64,000 nt of DNA from Cenarchaeum sp. (lineage in GTDB: Archaea > Thermoproteota > Nitrososphaeria > Nitrososphaerales > Nitrosopumilaceae). The DNA lies in contig CBDESU010000001.1 of NCBI GenBank assembly GCA_965242695.1, positions 2,080,001 through 2,144,000 on the forward strand, given 5' to 3'. Positions 57,257-64,000 of the stretch are shown in pieces (the first letter of the stretch is position 1; each line of letters begins with the position of its first letter). Under the pieces are notes generated by a model, which saw only the letters and a program-made list of their open reading frames with translations, was not told where the DNA came from and did not search any database. A program made the position numbers and the translations under genes.

Positions 57257-57615
57257 CGGCGGCGGAGGGGGCGCCAGGCGCGCCCGGCGGGGACGTGGAC
57301 GGGGGCCTCTTTTCCGTGCGCGAGGGCAACTACAGGCGCGCGGCCACGCTCAACATCTGCGATGCCGAGCTCGTCGGCACCGTGGTAGAGGAGCCTGGCG
57401 GGGGCGGGCGGCCGGCGCGGCGCCTGCCGATCAAGGCGTCGTACTACGGGGGAAAGAGGGTGGACAGGGACGAGGCGGCGCGCATGATGGCCGGCGCGCA
57501 GATCGCCAACATAGCCGGCCGGCGCGCCGTCGGGCTCGCGGTCGGGATGGGGCTCGGCTCGGACAGGGGCGTAAAGTCCGTAGGCGGCGTGCCGTTCCTC
57601 ATCGTGTTCAGGTGA
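57253..57615 (+). CDS. DUF424 family protein
   Basis: NICDAELVG, YYGG, ANIAGRRAV, VGGVPFLIVF; aIF2b-DUF424-aIF1A synteny. Confidence 0.85.
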   Translation: MTAAEGAPGAPGGDVDGGLFSVREGNYRRAATLNICDAELVGTVVEEPGGGGRPARRLPIKASYYGGKRVDRDEAARMMAGAQIANIAGRRAVGLAVGMGLGSDRGVKSVGGVPFLIVFR

Positions 57616-57750
57616 GGCGCGGTACGGGCTGAGGCTGGGAGGGGGCGCCGTCCGCCCGTTCCCTTGCCTCCGCCTCTGCGTCCAGCCGTCCACAGGCGCG
57701 GTCCCTTCCTCCCCACTGCCCGTGCCTGCGGCGCCGGCCGGAGGCGCCGC

Positions 57751-57995
57751 GTGGGCGGCGGGCACTCGGCGCCGGCCCCTGCGGCAGCCCGGCCTCTACC
57801 TGCCGCCTCCTCTCGCGCCGCAGTGGCTACGGGCACGGCGCCGGCGCCTTGCCTCCCACGCACCGCATGCACGAGCTAGTCGACGACATCGAGTGGCTAC
57901 GGGCACGCGGCGCCGGCGCCGTGCCTCCGCCGTGCCCGCGCGCGTGATCGTTCCAAGTCCCGGGGGCGACGGGCACGCGGCGCCGGCGCCCTTCA
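57751..57995. repeat. CRISPR-like mini-array: 4 partly palindromic ~34-nt repeats with unique ~35-nt spacers, 70-71 bp period
   Basis: cgggcac-(gc)-ggcgccggc core at 57759, 57830, 57900 and 57970; best copy gtggctacgggcacgcggcgccggcgccgtgcctcc. Confidence 0.75.
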
Positions 57996-58087
57996 TCCCC
58001 TCTTCACTTTCGTCCAGGACTCCCGCCGTCCGCGCTGCGATTCGATCGGGCGGCGCCACGCGGGCAGGCGGCGCCTGCGTGCCGATC

Positions 58088-58194
58088 CCCAGGCATCGCC
58101 GCCTTGGACAGCGGCGGATTCAGGGGAGGGGCGCACTAGGCGGCTGGCCGCACCGCCCAGGCATCGCCGCCTTGGACAGCGGCGGATTCAGGGG
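58088..58194. repeat. 39-bp perfect direct repeat, 68-bp period
   Basis: cccaggcatcgccgccttggacagcggcggattcagggg at 58088 and 58156. Confidence 0.9.
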
Positions 58195-58248
58195 CGCGGG
58201 GCGGGGGCGCGGGGCAGGGGCGCGGGGCAGGGGCGCCACTTCTGCCCG

Positions 58249-59646
58249 TCAATCCCCGCGCTTCTTGGGCCGCTTGGCGGGCCGCAGGCGCCCTTCCTTC
58301 TTCCCCTTTCCCCTTTCGGCGCCCGCAGGCGATCGGGCCCCCGGCGCCCCCGCGCTCCTCTTCCCCTTGCCGGCGCCCGTCCTGCGCCCCTTCTTCGGCT
58401 TCCCGCCCCCAAGAATGATCATGCCGCCGCCACGCATCACGACGTTTTCGGCGCCAAGCTCCTTGACGGCCTTCCTTGCAGCGAGCACCTGCTCGAGCGA
58501 GTCGCGCGCGGGGGCAAAGCCCGGCCTGATCTCGAGCGACCTCCTGTATGATTTTTCGGCGGCCCCGAGCTTGCCGAGCGAGAACAGGGCCAGGCCCGCG
58601 TTGTAGTGCGCCCCCGCATCCTCCGGGTTGATCCTGATCGCCTCCCTCTGGGCCGCAAGGGCCTCCTTGTACCTGCCCAGGTCGTGCAGCACGGCGCCCA
58701 GGTTGCCGTACGACTTGCCGTGGGACGGCCTCAGGCGGATCGCCCTGCGGTACGCGGCGGCCGCCGCCTTTGGGCGGTCCATCTGGGCGAGCGACGTGCC
58801 CATGTTGTAGTACGACAGCGAGTCCGACGGGTCGATCTCCACGGCCCTCTTGTACGACTTTACCGCCTCGCGGGGGCGTCCCAGGTTGTCGAGCAGGTCG
58901 CCGCGCATGCGGTGCGTCGACCCGTCCGTGTCGTCTATGGTCATGCCCTTGTCGAACTGCGCTAGCGCCTCGGCGTACCTGCCCTGCTTGGCGAGGGCCA
59001 CGCCCATGTTGAAGAGCGCCTGGGCGGACTTGGGCGAGGCCTTGAGGGACTTTTTGTACTCGGACACGGCCTCGTTTCCGCGCCCGATCGTGTCGAGGAC
59101 CATGGCGAGCCCCGTGCGCGCGGGGGCAAAGTCGGGGTCGGCCTCGAGCGCCTCGCGGAACACCTCGACGGCCCTCTCGCGCTCGCCCAGGTCGTCGAGC
59201 ATGTCGCCCTTGTGCGTGAGGGCCTCGGCGGCGGCCTTGCCCTTGAGCGTCGGGATCAGCCCGTCGTACGCGGCGGCCGCCTCGTCGCACCTGTCGGTCA
59301 TGCGCATCATGTGGGCCTCCTTGAGCCGGTACACGTAGTTTGACGGGTCGAGCCGCCAGGCCTCGCCGAACGCGGCGCCGGCATCCGCGTACCTCTGGAG
59401 GTTGTACATGGTATTGCCCATGTCGTCGCGCAGCTCGGGGTTGAGCTCGTCCCTCTCCACGGCCCTCTTGAAGCACCGCAGCGACTCGTCGCCGTCGCCG
59501 AGCAGGGCGTGCGAGTAGGCCATCATCCGGTGCGCCTCGACGTCGTTGGGGTCGTGCTTGATCCTTTCGCGGCAGATCGCGATCGTCTTCTCGTACTGCT
59601 CTGGATCGTCATCTATCTTCCCCCTTCCTTCCTTTCGGCCGCCCAC
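58249..59646 (-). CDS. Tetratricopeptide repeat protein, tandem copy 1
   Basis: Successive 34-aa TPR units (A..N.G..L...G....A...Y..A..I.P); GTG start by homology; basic tail. Confidence 0.9.
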   Translation of the reverse strand: MGGRKEGRGKIDDDPEQYEKTIAICRERIKHDPNDVEAHRMMAYSHALLGDGDESLRCFKRAVERDELNPELRDDMGNTMYNLQRYADAGAAFGEAWRLDPSNYVYRLKEAHMMRMTDRCDEAAAAYDGLIPTLKGKAAAEALTHKGDMLDDLGERERAVEVFREALEADPDFAPARTGLAMVLDTIGRGNEAVSEYKKSLKASPKSAQALFNMGVALAKQGRYAEALAQFDKGMTIDDTDGSTHRMRGDLLDNLGRPREAVKSYKRAVEIDPSDSLSYYNMGTSLAQMDRPKAAAAAYRRAIRLRPSHGKSYGNLGAVLHDLGRYKEALAAQREAIRINPEDAGAHYNAGLALFSLGKLGAAEKSYRRSLEIRPGFAPARDSLEQVLAARKAVKELGAENVVMRGGGMIILGGGKPKKGRRTGAGKGKRSAGAPGARSPAGAERGKGKKEGRLRPAKRPKKRGD

Positions 59647-60002
59647 GGCGGCGGGCGCGCGGGGCGCGCTATACATGTTGCCCGATATGGGCCGGCGGGG
59701 CGGGTTCGAGTCGCTCCGCCGGGCCGTGGCAGGGCCGTGCGCCGGGCCGCCGATGCAAGGCGCGGGGGAGGGGCGGAGGGGCGGCGCAGGCCGTCATGCC
59801 CGCAAGGATGCGGATGCGCCCGCGCGCGGACGAAGAGGGGCCGGCGCCGGGTCCGCGCAGGGCCGCCTTGCAACGCCTCACGGGGACAGGGGCGGCGCGA
59901 GGGACCAGGCAGGGAAGGGGAGCCCGCGCCCCCGCACAATTCGGCGGCATCCGGATGCCCCGCGCAGGGCGGCCGGGATTGGCGCGGCCCGGCAGGCGGC
60001 CC

Positions 60003-61256
60003 CTACGCATCGGCCGCGCCGCGGCGGCGCCGCCTCTTGGGCGCGGCGCCGTGCTCCCCTAGGCCGAGCCGCTCAAACGCCCTTCTCGCCGCCCGCGCCG
60101 CCTTGAGCGACTCGCGCGCGGGCTCGTGGCCTGGATCAAGCTTGACCGCCCTTGCAAAGTACTTTGCAGCCCCCTTGTACCGGCCGAGCGAGTGGAGGAC
60201 CAGGCCTGCGTTGAAGTGCGCCCCGGCATCGCCGGGGTCGATCTCTATCGACTTCTTGTACGCCTCAAGGGCCTTCCTGAGCTTGCCCATGTGGTACATG
60301 GCCGTCCCCAGGTTGCCGTGCGACTTTGCATGCGTGGGCCTGAGCCTGATCGCCTTGGCGTACACGGGGGCGGCCTTCGCATACATGCCCAGCGTGGAGA
60401 GCGCCGTCCCCATGTTGTAGTACGACAGCGAGTCCGACGGGTCGATCTCCACGGCCCTCTTGTACGACCTTATCGCCTCGCGGGGGCGGCCCAGGTTGCC
60501 GAGCAGGTCGCCGCGCATGCGGTGCGTCGAGCCGTCCGTGTCGTCTATGGCCATGCCCTTGTCGAAGTGCGCGAGCGCCTCGGCGTACCTGCCCTGCCTG
60601 GCGAGGGCCACGCCCATGTTGAAGAGCGCCAGGGCCGACCCGGGCGAGGCCTCGAGGGACTTTTCGTACTCGGAGATGGCCTCCTTTGCGCGCCCGAGCG
60701 AGTCTAGTACAATGCCGAGCCCCATGTGCGCGGGGCCAAAGTCGGGGTCGGCCTCGAGCGCCTCGCGGAACACCTCGACCGCCTTTTCGCGCTCGCCCAG
60801 GTCGTCGAGCATGTCTCCCTTGTCCGCAAGGGCCTCGGCTGCCGCCCTGCCCTTGAGCGTCGGGATCAGCCCGTCGTACACGGCTGCCGCCTCGTCGTAC
60901 CTGTCTGCCGCGCGCATCATGTGGGCCTCCCTGAGCCGATACGCGTGGTTTGACGGGTCGAGTCGCCAGGCCTCGCCGAACGCGGCGGCGGCATCCCCGT
61001 ACCTCCCGAGGCCGCACATGACGTTCCCCACGACCCTGCGCAGGGCGGGGTTTAGCTCGTCATTCTCCACGGCCCTCTTGAAGCACCGCAGCGACTCGTC
61101 GGCGTCGCCGAGCAGCGCGTGCGAGAAGGCCATCATCAGGTGCGCCTCGACGTCGCGGGGGTCGTGCTTGATCTTTTCGCGGCAGATCGCGATCATCGCC
61201 TCGCACTGCTCGGGGCTGTCCTCTATGCGCCCCCTGATCCGGTTCCGGCCATCCAT
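60003..61256 (-). CDS. Tetratricopeptide repeat protein, tandem copy 2
   Basis: Paralog of copy 1; start MDGRNR after a conserved gtatagc box. Confidence 0.9.
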   Translation of the reverse strand: MDGRNRIRGRIEDSPEQCEAMIAICREKIKHDPRDVEAHLMMAFSHALLGDADESLRCFKRAVENDELNPALRRVVGNVMCGLGRYGDAAAAFGEAWRLDPSNHAYRLREAHMMRAADRYDEAAAVYDGLIPTLKGRAAAEALADKGDMLDDLGEREKAVEVFREALEADPDFGPAHMGLGIVLDSLGRAKEAISEYEKSLEASPGSALALFNMGVALARQGRYAEALAHFDKGMAIDDTDGSTHRMRGDLLGNLGRPREAIRSYKRAVEIDPSDSLSYYNMGTALSTLGMYAKAAPVYAKAIRLRPTHAKSHGNLGTAMYHMGKLRKALEAYKKSIEIDPGDAGAHFNAGLVLHSLGRYKGAAKYFARAVKLDPGHEPARESLKAARAARRAFERLGLGEHGAAPKRRRRRGAADA

Positions 61257-61596
61257 GGCGGCGGGCGGGGCGGGTGCGCTATACGTGTTGCCGCGCCGGG
61301 CCGGCACGGCGTGTTCGAGCCGCTCGCGCCGGGCCGTGCGCCGCCGATGCGGGGCGCTGGGGAGGGGCGGTCGGGCGGCGCAGGCCGCCATGCCCGCAGG
61401 GATGCGGGTGCGCCCGCTCGCGGACGAAGAGGGGCCGGCCCCGGGTCCGCGCAGGGGGCGCGGGGCGGGGCCTCTTGGGGACAGGGGGCGGCGCGCGGGG
61501 CGGGGCCAGGAAAGGAAAACCCGCGCCCGGCACGGCCTGCGGCATCCGATGCCCCGCGCAGGGCGGCCGTGGTCGGCACGGCTCGGCAGGCGGTCC

Positions 61597-62928
61597 CTAC
61601 GCATCGGCCGAGCCGCGTCCTCGCTCCCCCTTTGGCGCGGCGCCGCGCCCGGTGCGCGGCGTCGAGCCGGGCGCTGCCCTTGTCCTGCGGCGGCGCTTCC
61701 TCTTTTTTGGCGCGGCGCCGTGCTCGTCCCGGCCGAGCCGCTCGAGCGCCCTTCTTGCCTCCAGCACCCCCTTGAGCGACTCGCGCGCCGGCTCGTGGCT
61801 GGGATCAAGCTTGACCGCCCTTGCATAGTACTTTGCGGCCGCCTTGTACCGGCCGAGCGACTGCAGGGCCAGGCCTGCGTTGAAGTGCGCCCTGGCATCG
61901 CCGGGGGTGATCTCTATCAGCTTCTTGTACGCCTTGAGGGCCTTTTTGAACTTGCCCATCGAGTACAGGGTCGCCCCTAGGTTGCCGTACGACTTTGCGT
62001 ACGTGGGCCTGAGCCTGATCGCCTTGACGTACGCGGGGGCGGCCCTTGCGTGCATGCCCATCGTCGAGAGCGCCGTCCCCATGTTGTAGTACGAGGCAGA
62101 GTCGGACGGGTTGATCTTGACGGCCCTCTTGTACGACTCGACGGCCTCCATGTGGCGGCCAAGTGCTGTGAGGATGTCGCCGCGCATGCGGTGCGCATGG
62201 CCGCGCGTGTCGTCGAGCTTCATGCCCTTGTCGAACTCTGCGAGAGACTCGTCGAACCTGCCCTGCTTGGCGAGCGTGACCCCCGCATTGAAGTGGGTGA
62301 CGGCCGACCCCGGCTCGATCCGGAGCGACTTTTTGTAGTCGGCAATCGCCTCGTCGGCGCGGCCTGCCATGTCCAGGGAGGACGCGCGGCCGGAGAGCGC
62401 GGCGGCGTTGTCCGGGTCGGCTTCCAGGACCCTGCCGAACAGGTCGGCCGCCTCGCCGTGCCTTCCCATGTGCCTCAGCATGTCGGCCTTGTACAGCAGG
62501 ACCTCGGCGGCATCCTTGCCGTCAAGCGATGCGGCGAGCTCGTCGTACGCGGCGGACGCCTCGTCGTACCTCCCCAGCGTCCTCGCCGTGTGCGCTACCT
62601 TCATGCGCACCCTGCGGTTGGACGGATCGAGCCGGGCCGCCTCGGCGAACGACGCGGCCGCCTCCTCGAACCTCTCCAGGGCGTACAGCGAGCTGCCCCT
62701 TTTCTCGTGCAGTCCGACGCCGAGGCCGCCCAGCCCCGCGGCCCTGTCGTAGCACTCTACCGCCTTGCCGTGCTCGCCGAGCAGCGCATGCGCGTGGCCC
62801 ATGTGCTCGTACGCGTCGGCGTTGTCGGGATCGCCCCCGAGCTTTTCGCGGCAGGCCTTGATCGCCGCCCTGCACTCCTCTGGCGTGTTCCTAGGGCCGT
62901 CCCCGCCGCGATCGCTGCCGCCGTCCAT
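61597..62928 (-). CDS. Tetratricopeptide repeat protein, tandem copy 3
   Basis: Paralog; start MDGGSD; tail PKKRKRRR. Confidence 0.9.
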   Translation of the reverse strand: MDGGSDRGGDGPRNTPEECRAAIKACREKLGGDPDNADAYEHMGHAHALLGEHGKAVECYDRAAGLGGLGVGLHEKRGSSLYALERFEEAAASFAEAARLDPSNRRVRMKVAHTARTLGRYDEASAAYDELAASLDGKDAAEVLLYKADMLRHMGRHGEAADLFGRVLEADPDNAAALSGRASSLDMAGRADEAIADYKKSLRIEPGSAVTHFNAGVTLAKQGRFDESLAEFDKGMKLDDTRGHAHRMRGDILTALGRHMEAVESYKRAVKINPSDSASYYNMGTALSTMGMHARAAPAYVKAIRLRPTYAKSYGNLGATLYSMGKFKKALKAYKKLIEITPGDARAHFNAGLALQSLGRYKAAAKYYARAVKLDPSHEPARESLKGVLEARRALERLGRDEHGAAPKKRKRRRRTRAAPGSTPRTGRGAAPKGERGRGSADA

Positions 62929-63011
62929 GGCCGTGGGCGGCGCGTGCACGCTATACATGTTGCGTGCGGGAAGAGCTCGCAGCCCGCGCCCGCTGCCGGG
63001 CGGGGGTGCAC

Positions 63012-63290
63012 GGAGGGCCGAGGGGGCCGGACGGCATGGGAAGGGGGGCGCAGGCGGGCCTCGGAGGGGGCCGGACGGCATGGGAAGGGGGGCGCAGGCG
63101 GGCCTCGGAGGGGGCCGGAGGGGGCCGGACGGCATGGGAAGGGGGGCGCAGGCGGGCCTCGGAGGGGGGCGCAGGCGGCCGGCCACGATGCCCTGTTCGG
63201 CGGCCAGCAAACGGGGGGCGCAGGCGGGCCTCGGAGGGGGGCGCAGGCGGGCCTCGGAGGGGGGCGGAGGGGGCCGGAGGGGGCGGCAGA
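63012..63290. repeat. G-rich 44-bp tandem repeats and subunits in the TPR/aIF1A divergent promoter region
   Basis: gagggggccggacggcatgggaaggggggcgcaggcgggcctcg x3, plus further ggggggcgcaggcgggcctcgga copies. Confidence 0.88.
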
Positions 63291-63399
63291 GGGCCTGGCG
63301 GGGCGACGCATCCCGTTGCCGCCTAGCGGGGCGGCGTCCACGGCCCGACCCGGCGCCGGCGCCGCCACAGTACATATAGCCGCGGCCCGCCGCCTGCCC

Positions 63400-63711
63400 G
63401 TGGGAAAGCGCAAGGTGCTCAACGAGAGCGCGCTCAAGCACATACGGCTGCCCGAGCAGGGCGAGATGCTCGGCCGAGTCATAAAGCTGCTCGGCAGCGA
63501 CCAGGTCCTCGTAAAGTGCACCGACGGGATCACCCGACGCGGGCGCATCCGCGGCAAGCTCAAGCGGCGCATCTGGATACGCGACAACGACATTGTCGTG
63601 ATCGCCCCGTGGGACTTCAAGGAGGCCGAGAGGGGCGACATTGTATGGAGGTTCACCCTCCCGCAGGTGGACTGGCTAAAGGACAACGACCACCTTGCCC
63701 GCGACTTTTGA
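63400..63711 (+). CDS. eif1a: Translation initiation factor aIF1A
   Basis: IRLPEQGEMLG..LLG..CTDG..RGRIRGKLKRRIWIR..DIV..PWDF. Confidence 0.95.
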   Translation: MGKRKVLNESALKHIRLPEQGEMLGRVIKLLGSDQVLVKCTDGITRRGRIRGKLKRRIWIRDNDIVVIAPWDFKEAERGDIVWRFTLPQVDWLKDNDHLARDF

Positions 63712-63766
63712 CCCTGTGGAAGAGGCGGCCCGCGAGCCGGCCGGCGAACGGGGAGGCCTGCACGGA

Positions 63767-64000
63767 GTGACGTTCGGGGCGGCGGGCGGCGGGCTCGACT
63801 CGCCGCAGGAAGGCGGGCCGGAGGCAGGCCCGGCGCCAAGGCTTGATCTAGACAGTGCCGCCGCAGCCAAGGCGGGCAGGGGCGCTCCGCAGGAAGCTGC
63901 GGCGGCGGGGGAGGGCGGCGAGTCCGCAGGGAGCGAGGCAGGCAGCGAGGGAGACAGGTACGCAGAGTACGAGTACGAGGAGGAAGAGGAAGAGGAGGAA
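63767..64000 (+). CDS. Partial ORF, low-complexity acidic N-terminus (possibly RIO1 kinase by synteny)
   Basis: Open from GTG 63767 to the window end (..EGDRYAEYEYEEEEEEEE); product suggested only by the usual archaeal eif1a-rio1 order. Confidence 0.45.
   Translation, partial: MTFGAAGGGLDSPQEGGPEAGPAPRLDLDSAAAAKAGRGAPQEAAAAGEGGESAGSEAGSEGDRYAEYEYEEEEEEEE

Noticed and set aside
57751-58194. Calling a bona fide CRISPR array
   Set aside because: Repeats are degenerate and few, there is no leader, no typical 3' GAAAC/G end and no cas gene in the window; kept only as CRISPR-like

Overview
GC-rich archaeal chromosome segment, most likely a Nitrosopumilaceae (Thaumarchaeota) ammonia oxidiser of the Cenarchaeum-like, probably sponge-associated type. 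This assignment is inferred from a PEFG-CTERM cupredoxin, a Rieske-cytochrome b-cupredoxin complex III and thaumarchaeal gene order. The housekeeping backbone comprises larB, cbiA, translin, tRNA-Leu(GAG), rpo10-eno-rps2-MEMO1-mvk, a DinG/XPD helicase, tRNA-Arg(TCT), complex III, an S8 protease, TFE-beta, rlmE, trm1, rnhB, fibrillarin-nop5, a GGR-family reductase, an RNase J-like beta-CASP protein, and aIF2beta-DUF424-aIF1A. Accessory DNA interrupts it: an AT-rich type III R-M island, an Hhe-like DUF4011-helicase-Vsr gene, a Schlafen/AlbA_2 protein, AAA ATPases, an Mrr_N-RelE module, a decayed RelE, three tandem TPR genes and a tandem small-protein family. The strongest novelty candidate is a DUF3800 (RNase H-fold) gene bracketed by two copies of a TATA-preceded ~90-nt two-hairpin RNA-like element (100/101 nt identical core, diverged flank). 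Other candidates are several unrelated cas-less repeat/spacer mini-arrays with a shared ~70-bp period, a duplicated 41/42-codon microgene with a 73-nt invariant core, a Nop5 with a very long RGG repeat tail, and a CbiA lacking its glutaminase cysteine. All assignments are by eye from sequence motifs; no database searches or folding programs were run.
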